The notes: generated by a model not told the origin, from the sequence alone. A DNA stretch of 64,000 bases from Blastocladiella emersonii ATCC 22665 (GCA_025594325.1 JANHCV010000004.1:620001-684000), one strand, 5' to 3'. Numbered from the stretch's first letter, positions 12,240-25,400 are shown. Made by a program: numbers and translations.

Positions 12240-12670
12240 CGGCGCCAAGCGCGGCGGCGGCGACGAGATCCACGGTGCCCCCCTCCTCATGGAAGCCGTG
12301 GTTGTACCACGCGCCGGCGAAGCCCAGACCGTTGAGGTTGGCAATGGTCGGCAGAAGCTCCTGCACACGGGATGGTCGTAGCTGTAATCGTCAACGACGA
12401 GCGCCGGGTCGGGCTCGCACAGCGGGTCGATGGCAGGAACAGATCGCCGTGCGTGTCGCGCGGGATGAAGGGCTGCAGCCGGTTCATTCAGTACGTGACG
12501 CACACGCCGTCGTTGTCCATGGCCGCGGCGGGAAGAAGAATCCGCGGGCAGCTCGCCCGTGCGCGTCAGGTAGTTCTGGCGCCGCCGCGTGCCAGCGAGC
12601 CGCCCGACGGTCCTCTTGACTCCGGCGTGGGCGTCGGCGTTGGTGTGGAAACCGATCGACGCCGTGCTGA
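12240..12670 (-). pseudogene. Decayed fragment of an FAD/NAD(P)-binding amine-oxidase-like oxidoreductase (COG2907-like)
   Basis: Three frames give VCVTY*MNRLQPF...GDLF, IDPLCEPDPALVVDDYSYDHPV and QELLPTIANLNGLGFAGAWYNHGFHEEG. These match the family motifs TYWMNRLQ, YDHPV and FAGAW.G.GFHEDG. TGA at 12488..12490 sits at the Trp position, and there are two frameshifts. Confidence 0.72.
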
Positions 12671-12862
12671 TCCCAGCCGCTCGCTGTGGCGCCGACGCTC
12701 GCGTCGCTCATCCGCCTCTGCGTGGGGCGCCGCACACGCGCGCGCGATCAGACCAGCCCACCAACTCGTCGTTCAAGCGAATAAATTACTGATTCAAGAA
12801 AGGGGTGGTGACGATGATGGTGATGATGATGGTAGATTGATAGTACTCGTGGTGATGCGCGC

Positions 12863-15800
12863 TCAGCTCTCGTTCGCGTCCTCGTCCTCTCCATCCTCCT
12901 CCTCGGCCTTCGCCGCCTCCACCGCCGCTGCAGCAGCAGCCGCCTCGGCATCCGCCTGTTTCTTGGCGCGGGCAGCGGCGACCTCCTCGTCGGGGGCGAC
13001 CATGACGGCGGTGAAGAAGACCTGGGCGGGCGCGTTGCCGCGGTTCTCGATGCGGTACTGGTTGCCGCGGGGCACGATAAAGGCGTCGGCGGCCTCGTGC
13101 GAGAACTCGTACCCGCCGAGCGTGACGTGGACGGTGCCGGAGATGACGTTGAAGACGAACGAGTGGAACGCCGACGACCGGTTGGGCTTGTATGCGCCGG
13201 GCGGCAGCTCGATGAGCCCGGCGCCGAACTTGGGGTCGTTGAACAGCCGCCGGAACCGGTACCCGCCGACCTCGAGGCCGAGCTTGGCCAGGATCCGCGC
13301 GTTCTGCGGGAACCGGACCATCACCTCCATCTCGCCCTTGGTCTCGGCGTCGTACAGCTTGAGTGTCGCCGCCTCCTTGTACGCAGCACTGTTCTCGTCC
13401 ACGTCGCTCTCGTACTCGGAATCGGACTCGTCGCCCTCGCGCTTGGGGAGGTGGCCGTAGCTGGGCGCGGCGCCCGCGCTCGACGGACCCGCGCCGTCGG
13501 CGCCGATCGCGTGGTGCGGCCCGTCGACCTGCATCGCGTCGTCGTCGCCGTGGTGCCCGTACCCGTGGTCGTGCGCGTCCTCGTCCTCGTCGGCGTCGGC
13601 TGGCGGCTCGGCCTTGACGGCGGCCTTGCCCTTACCCTTCCCCTTGGGCGCAGCCTTGGGCGCGGCCTTAGCCTTGGCCTTACCCTTGGCCTTACTGGCC
13701 GGCGCCGCTGCCGCCGCCGCTGCTGCCGCGGCCGCCTCCTTACGCTTCTTCGCGGCGGCGGCCGCCGTCGATCCCGCGCGGGACCGCGGGCGAGGCGGAA
13801 CGACGTCGAGGTTCTCGCGGCGGACGACGCCAACGAGCTCGCGCACGACGGCGCCGTCGGGCATGACCTTGGGCTTGTACACGGCCTTTTCGCCGCGCCA
13901 CCACTCGACCTTGGTCTCGGTGCGCCGCCGCTTGGACCGCCGCGTGCCCGTGCCCGACGCCTCGGACTCGGCGGCGGCGGCCGCGTCCGCGTCGGGCTCC
14001 GTGTCGACCACCACCTCGCGGTACTCGCGCGGCCGCTTGAGCCGCGACGCGCGCGACGATGTCGACGAGGGGGGCGCGGGCATGTCGGCGTCCGACGCGT
14101 TGCCGCCCTGGTCGGCCTCGGCCTCGGCCTCGGCTTCGAGCTCCGGCTCCGGCTCGGGCACGGCCGCGCGGCGGGACCGGGTCGTGGTGCGGGGGTTCGC
14201 CGCGGCCTTCTTCGGCTTGGGCGCGGGTTTCGCCTTCGCCTTCGGTTTCGCGGCGGCGGGAGCGGCGGCGGTGGCGGCCTTACCCTTGGGCTTGGTCGCC
14301 GGCCGCCCGCGCCCGCGCGTCGTCATCGGCGCCGGCTCGGGCTCGGGCTCGGGCTCGGCGTCCGAGACCGCCGCCTCCTTCGCGGCGGTACGACGCGAGC
14401 GGCGGGTGCGCGGCGCGGGCGTCTCGTGCTCGGCCGCCGCATCGTCGTCGCCGCCGGTCGCCGATGCGGGCATGACGGTGGGCTCGAGCTCGGGTTCCTG
14501 AGCCGCGAACTCGTTGTCGCCGGCGTGCTGGTGGTGGTCGAGCTCGTCGACCTCGTCGTGCGGCGGCGGACCGTCCACGTCCATGGCCTCCTCCTCCTGC
14601 TCGGCGACTGCCTCAGGCTCGGGCCGCGGCGCGAGGAGCGGGGACAGGGTGCCGAGGGTGCTTGACGAGCAGACCTGCGGTTCGGGCGCGTGCTTGGGCT
14701 CGGGCTCCGCGCCGGCGTACGACCCGGAAACCGACACCGACGCGGCAGCAGCAGCAGCAGCAGCAGCAGCGGCGGCAGCAGCAGCCGCCGCGACCTCAGC
14801 GTCAGCGTCAGCCTCCGCTTCCGCCGCCCGGCGCGCCGCAGCCGCCGCGAGCCGGTCCTTGCGCTCCTTGGGCGTGCCCGAGTACCGGCGGCCGGGCGTC
14901 GCGGGCGACGACGACGAGTGGTTGCTGAGCCGTCGCGCGCTCGACGCGGACGCGGACGCGGGTGCGGGGGACGGCGTGGTGTGCGCGGCGAGGACGGGCG
15001 GGACGGGCAGCACGGCGGCGTCGTTCTCGGACTGCTGCTGCTGCTCGCGCGCGTCGCGCAGCGGCGAGCCGCCGGCCTGGCGCGACTGGCGGCGCGCGTT
15101 CGGGACGGGGGTCGGGAGCGACGACGGCGAGGAGGACGAAGACGACGACGTGGCCGCGGTAGTGCTGCTGGACGGCGGCCCGGCGGTGGCGGCGGCGGCG
15201 GGAGCGCTGTCGAACGACACGGACCGTGCGCGTTTCGCGGCCGCGGCCGTGGCTGCGGGCGACGGAGCCGCGGGCGCGGGGGCGGGGCTCGCGTTGGGCG
15301 AGTCGGACGGGCTGCCGCCGAGCGTGGGCACGTCGCCGAGCGCGATGGGCGACATGAGCGCGGCGCCGTTGGCCGTGACGCCGATCACGTCCTCGGGTTT
15401 CGGGACGCCGGTCGTGGCGGACGCGGTGTCGGCGGTGGCGGAGGCGGTCAGGACGCTGGCACGGCGGGCGCGGTGGTTCGGGCCGTTGCCATCGTCGACG
15501 CGCGAGGTCTGGGCGCGAGCACGAGCAGCGGGCGCGGGCGCCGGAACGACAGGCGCGGGCACGGGCGCGAGAGCCGCGGCGCGGGTGGTATTGGCCCTGA
15601 CCATCGCCTCGAGCCGGGCGACGGTCATGGTATTGCGGCGGTTCTGCATATTCTCGCGGTGGGCGAGGTACGCGTCGGCCTTATCCCCGAGCCGGCGGCG
15701 GATCATGTCCTCGCGGGTGAGCTGCGGGGCCGCGGGCGGCGCGTCGTCGTCGTCGTCATCCTCGTCGGCGGGGTCAAACGCGTCCACGGGCTGCGAGCAC

Positions 15801-16329
15801 GACGCGAGGAGCTCGGCGAGGGCCGGGTCGATGAGGTCGTCGGCCGACGCGGGGTCGCTGTCGGTGCCGAGGATCTTGGACGGCGACGGGAGGTCCGCGT
15901 CGAGCGCAGCGGCACCATTCGACACGCCGAAAGTGGGCGGTGGGGCGACGGGCGCGCGGGCGCGCAGCGCTGCGAGCGTGTTGGCGATCTGGAACGACAC
16001 GACGGGCGGCGGCGGGGACCGCTGCTGCGCCTGCGCGCGGAGCGTCGCCGCCTTGAGGTGCTCCGGGAGCGACAGGCGGTTCCGCTGGTACATTTCGCCG
16101 GCGGCGGCGTCGGCCGCCGCTGTCGGCGCGGGCGTCGCCTTGGCCGCCTTGCCATTGGCCCGCGGGGTGCCGCCGATCGCGCTGTCGCCGGCGCTCCCGT
16201 CGGCCGGGCCGGTAGCGGTAGCGGCGGCGGCGGCACCGGACACACGACCCGAGCCGCGGCGCGACGACTGGGACGCGGTGACGATGATCTCGTCTTCGTC
16301 GTCCTCGTCGTCGGCCGATCCGGGCACAT

Positions 16330-16360
<31 letters not shown>

Positions 16361-17512
16361 TGACGAGGTCGGGATGACGGTCTCGGGCTCCTGCACGGGC
16401 TCCGTGCGGCGCGGCGCGGGCGGAACCGCACGCGTGACGATCGGGGCGACGGGCTTGCGCGGCGACAGTCCAGCGAACGCGGGCGCGGTGGTAAGCGCTG
16501 GCGCAGAAGAAACCCGCCGCGAGGGCGTCCCCGTCGAAGGAGGAGCCGCAGGGCGCGCGGGGACAGGGGCGGGGGCGGCAAAGGTCGGGGGCTGCTGGGT
16601 GGCGAGCTTGGTGTTGGCGCGAAGCGACATGCGGCGCGGGTCACCGATGCGGACGGCGAGATCGGCGGTCCCGTTCGTCGTCGGGCGCGACTTGAGGACG
16701 GGCGAGCCCGACGCGACGGCCTGCTGCTGCTGAGGCGGCGACAGCGGGCGGTTCGCCGGTGCGGCGGCGGTGGCGGCACGGTAGCCGAAGCGGTTGTTGC
16801 GGGGCGTGGTGCCGGGGAGCGGGGCCGACGACGACGGCTCGTGGACGGGGCGCGGGGTCACGCTCTCGTCGTCGCTGTACGCGTAGTGGTGGCGGGGCTG
16901 TACCGACGAGTGGCGGCGCACGGGCGGGGCGGGCGGGCCGCGCGGGGCGCGCGGCGTCTCGTCGATCTCGGCGCCTGGGGTGTACCCGTTGGCGGCAGTG
17001 CCGCGCGGGGCCGTGGCGGGCGCGGCGGCGACGGAGAGCGGCGCGGGATCGGCCGAGGCGGCGTCGTGGATGTCGAGGTCCGTCTCGAGGAGCGGGAAGT
17101 GGACGTCGGGCGCGTGGTGGCCGGCCGCGTCCGCGTCCGCGTCCATGTCGACGTCGGCGTCGGTGCCGTCGCGCGCGATGTCAGCCTCGGCGTCAGCCTC
17201 CTCGTCGCCGCTGTAGGCGCTGTAGGCGCTCGAGTTGGCGATGCTCGAGTCCTCGAAGGCGGCCTGCCGGAGGCCGAGCGTGAAGCGGCGCATCTGCTCC
17301 TCGCCGACCGAGTCCATCTCCCAGTCTTCCTCCTCATTCTCCTTGGCCGCCTTCTGGTGCGCCTCGGGGTTCAGAATGTCTGCGTTGTACTCGATCATGC
17401 GCGCCTCGTACTCGTCGAAGCTGACGTCGCGGTTGCCCGCGAGGAGGTCGGGCGGGATCCGGATGCCCGTTCGCCTAGTGGGTGCGCGGTTCGGGTGGTG
17501 CGGGTGAGCCAT
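12863..17512 (-). CDS. MIF2: Inner kinetochore protein CENP-C/Mif2, about 1549 aa, no intron detected
   Basis: CENP-C motif RRSKRRRTETKVEWWRGEKAVY, C-terminal cupin (FGAGLIELPPG...FNVISGTVHVTL...FIVPRGNQYRIEN) and AT-hook-like RGRGRP. ATG at 17512. Confidence 0.88.
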
Positions 17513-17904
17513 GGGACTGGCGCGATCGGTAGGAGCAAAGGGGGATACGGTACCGGCCGACGGTCGGGTCGTGGAACGAGTACCGACGGTCCATGGTGAC
17601 GGCGAGACGTGGGAGCCGTGCGAGTCCGTGGACGTGTTGTAGTGCGTGTGCTGGTTACGTTGCAGGGAGCGTTGCGGTGCAGCGCGGGGATGCGCAACAG
17701 GGTGGTCGGGATGCGATGGAGCGATGCATGTGGGATCGGCCGCCGGAGCAGAGCGGGGAGCGCAGCGAGCGTCCTCTGCGAAACGCGCCGGCACGTCTCA
17801 CGTGGGAAGCCTAGCAAGTAAAAATCATGATGTTTTTGGTTCGTGGGGGTCTCAGGTGAGTCGGGAAATAAATAGAAAATGGAGGGCCCGAGTCTTTGGG
17901 CCGC

Positions 17905-18966
17905 TTAGCAGAACTTCCAGTTGTTGCCGCCTAGACGCGCGAAGGGAGAGGGGTCAGTGAGCGCGATCACCGAGGCCATGGCCATGGCCACCACGAGAAA
18001 CGTACACTCGAGGCACTCGACAAACGTGGTCATGGGCTCGTCGGCGGACCGCGTCTGCATCTGGAAGTAGGAGCACTTGCGCTTCTTGCACTTGCCGCAC
18101 CGGAACTGGTCGGTGGTGGCCTTGATGTTGCCCGCGGCCTGGGCGAGGAACAGGGACTTTTGCCGCGCCTCCTCGAGCTTCTTGCGCAGCGGGCCCGGAG
18201 CGAGGTCGCCCGCGCGCATCTCGAGGAACGCCGCCGGGTCGAGGTCGCCCGTGATCAGCGACTCGCGCAGCCCGCCGTTGTCGCGGTTCTTGAGGCTCGA
18301 CGTGAACTGCCGCAGGTCGCCCTTGTACCCGGCCGACACCTCCTGCTTGTGCTTCTTGTACAGAGCCAGCTCGATGTTGGTCGACGTGCTCAGGATCGAC
18401 CGCGAGCCTGTTCGTTCGTGGGTGTCAGCTGTGCACCACACGTGATCCGATGGGCATAGCAACGTACTCGACAGCGTCTCGATGCACAGCGCATTGTAGA
18501 ACAGCTCGATGGCCTTCTCGCGCGTCTTGTCGCCGATGCGCGGGAGGTCGACCGCGTCGATGGCGACGCTGCGGTCCTTGAACTGCTGCACGGGCGTGCC
18601 GTTGGGCGATCCAGGCGCGCTGTTGGGCGCCGAGTCGGTTCCCGCGGACGTTGGCCGGGACACGCTGGGCGACGCGCTGCCCGCGTCCGCCCTCGCGCTC
18701 ACACCCGTGGCCACGGCGGGCGGCTTGGCGGCCACGCCGACGTCGCGCTTCCACTTGTCGAGGGCCTTGCCCGCGCTCGCGGCCACGGCCTTGTCGGCGT
18801 GCCGCTTGAGCTTGTTCATGAGGATGCCGATCTCGGTCCGCTTGAGCATGTCCCGCGTCGCCCGCAGCTCGGCGAGCTGATCGATGATCTCGCTCGCCAA
18901 TGGGTACTTTTCCTTGCCCAGCGCCGACTGCAGCGACTTTTTCAGCTCGAGCACGCGTGTTTCCAT
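17905..18966 (-). CDS. DST1: Transcription elongation factor TFIIS (2 introns)
   Basis: N-terminal TFIIS domain (LKRTEIGILMNKL...WK), central domain and zinc ribbon CGKCKKRKCSYFQMQTRSADEPMTTFVECLEC...NNWKFC. Confidence 0.96.
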   Translation of the reverse strand: METRVLELKKSLQSALGKEKYPLASEIIDQLAELRATRDMLKRTEIGILMNKLKRHADKAVAASAGKALDKWKRDVGVAAKPPAVATGVSARADAGSASPSVSRPTSAGTDSAPNSAPGSPNGTPVQQFKDRSVAIDAVDLPRIGDKTREKAIELFYNALCIETLSSTLLCPSDHVWCTADTHERTGSRSILSTSTNIELALYKKHKQEVSAGYKGDLRQFTSSLKNRDNGGLRESLITGDLDPAAFLEMRAGDLAPGPLRKKLEEARQKSLFLAQAAGNIKATTDQFRCGKCKKRKCSYFQMQTRSADEPMTTFVECLECTFLVVAMAMASVIALTDPSPFARLGGNNWKFC

Positions 18967-19140
18967 GGTAGGGGTAGGGGGGCGGGGGGAGCGCGGACCG
19001 TGCGCGAGCGATCGGCTCCTTGGGATCGCGGCCGCTTGAGCTGGGTCGCCTCTGAATACTCCAAATCGGCTTGGAATACCTCTCGACGGTGCGAGGAGCT
19101 CATTTAAGCCTATTTTACGCCATTCAGGCCAAGGTAGACG

Positions 19141-19184
19141 TATAAAAGAACAGGGGAGAACCAATCCGTGGCGCCACGTGACGT
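19141..19184 (+). promoter_or_regulatory. Compact bidirectional promoter elements between TFIIS and TIM23: TATAAAA (19141), CCAAT (19161), overlapping CACGTG/TGACGT (19175..19184)
   Basis: Motifs read directly in the 367 bp head-to-head intergenic region. Function is inferred. Confidence 0.45.
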
Positions 19185-19333
19185 ACAACACCACACCTCG
19201 CCGATCCGTCTCCCCGCGGAGCGAGCGAGCTTCATCCTCTCTCTCGAATGACCCACAACGCACGGCACACGCCACTCCACGAAGCACACGCACGAACGCA
19301 TCGAACCCCGCGCACCCGCACCCCCTCGAAACC

Positions 19334-20040
19334 ATGGCGTTCCAGCAGCAGGCCGCGCCCGCCCCCGCCGGCGGCGACTACGACACGGTGGGGTCGATTC
19401 TGGGCGGGCTCGACCTCAAGTCGGCGGGCAAGTCGCTGACGCCCGTCGGGCAGCTCGGGTCCGGCGTCGAGTACATTTTCACCGACGACACGCCGTTCAT
19501 GGGCGCGTCGGGCGGCTTCGTGCCGTCGCGCGGGTTCGGCGACGACCTGTGCTACGGCACGGGCACCGCGTACCTGACGGGGCTCACGCTCGGCGGCACC
19601 TGGGGGTTCCTGCAGGGCATGCGCGCGCCGCTCGAGATCCGGTCCACCAAGCTGCGCGTCAACGCCGTGCTCAACGCCATGACGCGGCGCGGCCCGTTTG
19701 TCGGCAACTCGTTCGGCGTCCTCGCCGTCATGTACTCGTTTGTCAACTACGCCGTCGCCTACCCGCTCGACGTCACCCCCGACCAGAAGCCCTACGTCTC
19801 GATCGTGTCGGCGGCCGCGTCCGGCGCGCTGTTCAAGTCTACCGGTGCGTTCTGTTCGCGCTGCGTTGCTCCTCTCACATCGTTCTTACAAACTCGCTCA
19901 TCCTTGTCCATGTAGCGGGCCTGCGGTCGGCGGGCATCACGGGCGCCGTGTGCGGGTCGCTCGCGATTGTGTGGCAGGCGACCAAGTCGATCCGCGAGGA
20001 GCTGCCCATCATCGGCGCGATTACGACGCGCTCCTTCTGA
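19334..20040 (+). CDS. TIM23: Mitochondrial inner membrane translocase Tim23; intron 19845..19915
   Basis: RGFGDDLCYGTGTAYLTGLTLGG.WG, KLRVNAVLNAMTRRGPFVGNSFGV and GALFKST|AGLRSA. Confidence 0.95.
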
Positions 20041-20136
20041 TTCTCCCCGTTGCTCCCAACTGTTCCCCCCTATACATACACCGCCCACCTAGTTCATTCG
20101 ATCCGAAACGAGTTCTTGTATTTACACACGCGAGGC

Positions 20137-20574
20137 TTACCCGCAGCACCCGCGGCACCCGCAGTGGTAGCACTCGACGACCTTATTCTCGGCCATCTCC
20201 GACTTGGGCACGCGGCAGATGCACATCCTGCCGTGGTTCGTGTCGGCGGGCTGGACGCACCGCAGGCAGCACAGGTTCTCGTATCCGTTCTTGCGCCATT
20301 TCGCGATCAGGTTGGCGTCGGCGTACCCCTGCTTGACCAGGTAGTCGTAGAGCAGCTTGGAGATGGCGCGGCGCTTGTAGTAGAGCTCGAAGACGTAGCG
20401 CGACCGCTGGTGGTGCAGGCGGAAGATGGGCCACCCGGCCTCGGCCTTGCGCTTGCCCTCGGCCTTGTCGTCCTCGGCCTCGCGCATCTTGCGCTCAAAC
20501 TCGAGCAGCTGCGGCTCCACCTCGGCGAAGCCCTCGGGCGGCGCCTTGGTGCGCGACGTGCGGATCTTGGGCAT
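20137..20574 (-). CDS. BUD31: Splicing factor Bud31/G10
   Basis: [16 protein letters not shown]...[13 protein letters not shown]...[18 protein letters not shown]...CICRVP...[12 protein letters not shown]. Confidence 0.97.
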   Translation of the reverse strand: MPKIRTSRTKAPPEGFAEVEPQLLEFERKMREAEDDKAEGKRKAEAGWPIFRLHHQRSRYVFELYYKRRAISKLLYDYLVKQGYADANLIAKWRKNGYENLCCLRCVQPADTNHGRMCICRVPKSEMAENKVVECYHCGCRGCCG

Positions 20575-20844
20575 CGCGGGGTGCGTTGCAGTGAGTGCGG
20601 GTTTGTGGGGTTGATCTGTTGTGGCGTGGGGAGGAGACGAGGGTGTCCGCGAGCGTGAAGAGGAGAAGGAGACCCGAAAAGCGCGACCGGCCATCAGGTG
20701 ATGCGGAGGTGACGCCTGTTGAGTTGCTTTTTCTCTCTGCTCCGCTCCCGCCGCACTGCGCCGATCACCGCCCCTCACCCTCGCCCTCCGCCGCCAACCT
20801 CCCCAGTGCACGCCTCGGACTGCCTGCAACGCATCAACGACACC

Positions 20845-21876
20845 ATGATCCGCACCGCCCTCCGCCGCCTGCACACGACGGCGCCGGCCGTGCCCGCGAG
20901 CGGCGGCAAGTCCGCGCCCGTGAACCAGGACTACGCGCTGGCGCAGCACCGCGCGGCGATGAAGGCCGTGCGCAAGCAGTATTTCGCCGACACCGAGGCC
21001 GCGCAGCGGGCCGCGCGCGACGCGGAGCGCGCGCGCGCCAAGGAGCGGCTCGCGCAGACCGAGGCGCTCATGGCGGACCCGCTGGTCGTCGGCACGTACG
21101 CGCCGCGCCGCGAGCTCAAGCGGCAGCGGCTGCGCAACAACGGCCAGTTTGAGCGGATCCCCGTCGGCGTCAAGGCGCCGCTCGCGCCCGCGACGGCCCC
21201 GCCCGCCGCGGTCCCCGACCACAAGCGTAACGTGCACCGCCAGATGCGCCGCGTGTTCCGCCGCGACCTGACGCCCGACAACCCGCGGCTCATGCACCTG
21301 CTGCACCTGTGGAACGCGTCGGCGTCGTTCGTCACGGCCAAGAACGTCGACGACAAGATCAACGACTTCTTCAAGCTCGGCGGCACCGGGCCCGCCGTCG
21401 AGAAGCTCACGACGGCCCCGCTCACGCCGCTGACCACGGCGCTCGAGGCCGCGCAGTCCCCCTTCGACGGCGTCGCGGGACAGCCGTCGTTCATGTCCCG
21501 GCTGCACTCGGTGGTCGAGTTCGGCGTCACGGACAAGATCCACTCGCTCGCCGACTTTGACGCGGCCACGTTCGCCGACGCGGACAAGTCGTTTGCGCCC
21601 GACCTCGCCAACCCGCACCTCGAGGGCGGGTCCCCGATCGCCCACGCCGCCACCCGCGACGTCGCCGTCAAGGACAAGATCTCCGGGTCGCTGTTCGGCC
21701 TCCCCGGCGTCACCAAGGTCCTCGAGTGGGGCAAGACCGTCACCGACCCCGCCGCCTACGGCTGGATCGAGCCGGTCCGCGCGCCCAAGGCCGCCGAGAA
21801 GGTCGCGGCTGTCGAGGCTGCCCCCGCTGCTGCCGAGGCACCAGCATCCGAGGCCCCCGCCGCGCCCAAGGCGTAA
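20845..21876 (+). CDS. Probable mitochondrial protein, putative small-subunit mitoribosomal protein mS26 (Pet123-like)
   Basis: Arg-rich presequence-like N-terminus [12 protein letters not shown] and a coiled segment. [24 protein letters not shown] resembles the Pet123 segment [25 protein letters not shown] (recalled from memory). Confidence 0.5.
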   Translation: MIRTALRRLHTTAPAVPASGGKSAPVNQDYALAQHRAAMKAVRKQYFADTEAAQRAARDAERARAKERLAQTEALMADPLVVGTYAPRRELKRQRLRNNGQFERIPVGVKAPLAPATAPPAAVPDHKRNVHRQMRRVFRRDLTPDNPRLMHLLHLWNASASFVTAKNVDDKINDFFKLGGTGPAVEKLTTAPLTPLTTALEAAQSPFDGVAGQPSFMSRLHSVVEFGVTDKIHSLADFDAATFADADKSFAPDLANPHLEGGSPIAHAATRDVAVKDKISGSLFGLPGVTKVLEWGKTVTDPAAYGWIEPVRAPKAAEKVAAVEAAPAAAEAPASEAPAAPKA

Positions 21877-22430
21877 CGGTCCTCCTTGTTTCCCCGTCGT
21901 ACCTGTTTTCGCTCATACAGCTCCCTCAACGCAATAAATCACACCTCCTTAGTTCACCCAACGCGCGCGGGTCGCTGATGGCGGCCGTGATGCGGTTGCT
22001 TCATGTGTAAGGCCAGGCGCAAACGAGCGAGCCACCGGCTCCCTTCCTCCCTCAGCGAGGACGACGAGCTCCGGATAGCATCGGCGCGAGAACCCAACGA
22101 GCAGTGAAAGGCAAAGGCTTGGGCTGGGCGATCCGCGGACCCGCGCTGGGAGAGCGGGCTTGCGCGGGACGTCACCACGGCGGGCGGGCGGGCGCTCGCT
22201 GTGGGCGTGGCGGACGGTGGCGGCGAGGCGCGCGGCGGCCCCGCAACAACAACGGCAGCGAGGCGGGGAGGGCAAGCGCCGCCTTGACCTGAGCGCCGCC
22301 CCGCTTGATCGGCGCGCGCCGACCAGCGGAGCGCCTCCTCTCTCTCCCCCTCTCTCTCGACGGCGGCTGGTCCTCCCTCCCTCCCCCCTGCGAACCAACG
22401 AGCGACCAGCAGCACATTGCAAACACACTC

Positions 22431-25400
22431 ATGGATCACTACGCAGCAGGCGGCTACGCCGAGAGCGACGCCTACTACGGCAGCGCCAACGACGACGCGG
22501 CGGCAGCGGGGGGCGACCCGGCACAGGCGGATCCCGCGACCACGCCCGCGCTCGCCATCGGCGCGATGCTGTGGCGGCGCGGGTACTACAGCGACGTGAC
22601 GCTCGACTTCGGCGCTTCTGGCACGGGGTCCGAACCGTGCGCGGCGCTCGGGATCCCCCGGTTCCTGTACCTGCACGCGGCGGTGCTGGCGCAGTGCGGC
22701 TTCTTCGCGGCGCAGCTGGCGCACCTGGTCCGCGGCGCGTCGCCTTTCGCCGGGTTCGGGTCCGGCGCGGCGCCGCGCGCCATGACGGTGCGCGTCCCCG
22801 ACCGGCCCAACCGCGAGGACATGGTCGCCTTCTACACCACCCTGCGCCTCCTGTACACCAAGCGGTTCACGCACGAGTTCTCTGGCGCGCGGTGGGCGCC
22901 CGCGGACCACGAGTACCCGGACGCGCAGCCCGTGGCGAATGGTGAGGCGTTGGTCGCGGTTGCCGGCGGCGCGGACCTCGCCGTCGGCGTCCTCGCCGTG
23001 TGCCTCGAGGTCGAGTGGGACGAGGGCGTCCGCGAGACGTGGCGCTGGCTCGTCGACTACTGCGCCCGCATCCAGAACGACTCGCTGCTCGGCAAGCTCA
23101 CCACCGCGTACCCGGAGCTCGCCGCGCTCGATGCCACGCCCACCTCTCTCGCGCCGACCGCGGCTGCGGCGGCAGTCGACGACGACGGATCGTCCGTGTC
23201 GGGCGGCACGGGTTCCTCGCTCGGCAACGGCGCGCCGGCCTCGACGACCCCGACCTCGCCGTACCCGGGCACCCCCGCGAGCGCTCACCGCGGCCTCGTC
23301 GACGTCGAGGACGAGCAGTCGGCCTCCGTCGAGACTCCCGGCTCGCCGCCGGTCCCCGACGCGCGCACGCTGCGCGGCGAGCTCGCGGCGCACGACTCGG
23401 CCGAGGTGTACCCGGACGACGCGACCGAGGGCAGCTACCTGACGCTGTCGGCGCTGATCCAGCTGCTGCTCAACGCGGCGCAGGCGTACGCCGAGTTCTC
23501 AGCCGGCGCCGGCACCTCCGCGGAGCCGACCGAACAGTCGACCAACTACCTCGCCCTCGACGCCATGGTGCGCGACGAGCTCGCGGGCAACCCGAGCGCG
23601 CCCGCCGCGCGGGACCTGGACGAGGGAGACGAGACCGCCGCGCATATCAACGGCGAGGCGTTCCTCGGCGCCATGGACAGTATCCTGACGGACCTCGCCC
23701 AGAACACGCACCGGCACCTTTCGGGTCGGCGCGCGCCCGACGCCGCCGCCGCCGAGGACCCCGCGCTCGCGATCCTGACGCTCAGCCGCATGGCCGCGTA
23801 CTTGCTGCGGCGGTCGACCGAGGCCGCGGTGCTGCCGGGCCACCGCATGCTGCTGGTCCTGCAGTTCGTGTCCAAGGTCGAGTACCTGGTGTCGACGGCG
23901 TCGCACGCGCGCGTGCACGCGTCGCGTGGGCTTGCCCTGACGGCGGCGGCATCCGCGGCGGCGGACGATCCGCGGGGCCGCGCGCAGCACGATCTCCTGC
24001 ACAACCTCCTCCCGACGCTGTGGGTCGACACGTACCCGTACGTGCTCGAGCTGATCCTGCCCAGCAACGAGGCCGCACGGTACCTGTCGTCGGCGCAGAT
24101 TGCGGCGATTTCGATCCGCCTCCTCCAGCTCGCCTCCCACGCGCGCTGGCGCACCACGCTGCGGTACTACCTGTGCGCCGCGGACGCGCCGTGGGACGCG
24201 TACTTTGCGCTGCTCATTGACTCGGTACGTCTTCCTCGAAGCGAGTTCTTCACCGTAACTGACAGCGTGTTTCCCGTAGGTCCTCGAGAAGCGCCACCGC
24301 AAGGAGCTCATCACGGCGCTCGTCCTGTCGCAGCGGCTCGGCGTCGAGATCGCCGCGCACCACTTCCCGGACCTGCACATCACGCGGCGCGACCGGTTCG
24401 CCAAGTGGTCGCTGCGCGGGTCCAACAAATCCACCACCGTCTCCTCTTCGTCGGCGGCGATCGGCGGCACCTGGGCCGCCTCGGGCTCGGCGCTCTCCCC
24501 CGCGATCCTCGCGCTGCACACGGCGGCGGCCGCGACGCCGCAGCCGGGCAGCGGGTCGGGCGCCCCGAAACGTACCGCGAGCGGGCGGTCGATCCCCGTG
24601 CAGCGCCGGCAGAGCGTGTACCGCAACGCGGTCCTCAAGCGCCACTCGGTCATGACCCCCGAGATGCAGCAGCGGCTCGACGAGATGCTCGCGCTTTCGT
24701 CGACGAGCACTTCCGCGGCGCCGTCCACCGGTGTGGTGCCCGCTGCCGCTCCTGTCTCGCACTCGCCCGGCTCGTCGCGCCGGTTGTCGGTCGTCATCGA
24801 GATCCTCGAGTCGTCAGGCGACGCCGACGACGAGGAGGACGCCGGTGCGCACGAGGACTATATCACGGAGGAGTCGGATGTCGGGCCGACCGACGACGAG
24901 CGCAGCAGCGAGTCCAGCAGCAGCAGCGACGAGGGCGACGAGGCCGACGCCGCCCCGAAACCCGCGTCGCCGACCGACGCGGAGCGGTTCGCCGAGGAAA
25001 TGACGCCGTGCGACTACGACGCGGCGCTCGGTCTTTCTCCCCCGTCGTCGACCGCCGTGGCGGCAGCCGGTGACGCGCACGTCGTCGTCCCGCGGCCCGG
25101 CACACACCCTGCAGCGACCCTCGACGCGTCGACGGTCCACCCATCGGCTCCCGCCACGCCCGCGCTCCCCGCGCACGAGATCATGGCGGGCGCGCGCACC
25201 CTGCAGCGCATGGCACACGAGCGCCACCTCGTCGCGCGCGCCCAGGCGTTCACGGAGCCCGTGCCGGGGTCCATTGGCGCCGCGCCGATCCCGCGGTCGA
25301 GCTGGGCTGCGCCTGCCACGACAGCGGTCTCGCGCGAGTCCATGGAGTCGTCAGCGGGAGCGAACCTCGGCCGGCCGTCCATGGCCGGGTCGCGCACGTC

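Noticed and set aside
14745-14790. (GCA)n, (GGCTCG)n and similar short tandem repeats (also 40105..40125 and 61447..61475)
   Set aside because: They encode poly-Ala, poly-Gln or EP tracts inside CDSs. They have no spacers and are not CRISPR-like or functional repeat arrays.
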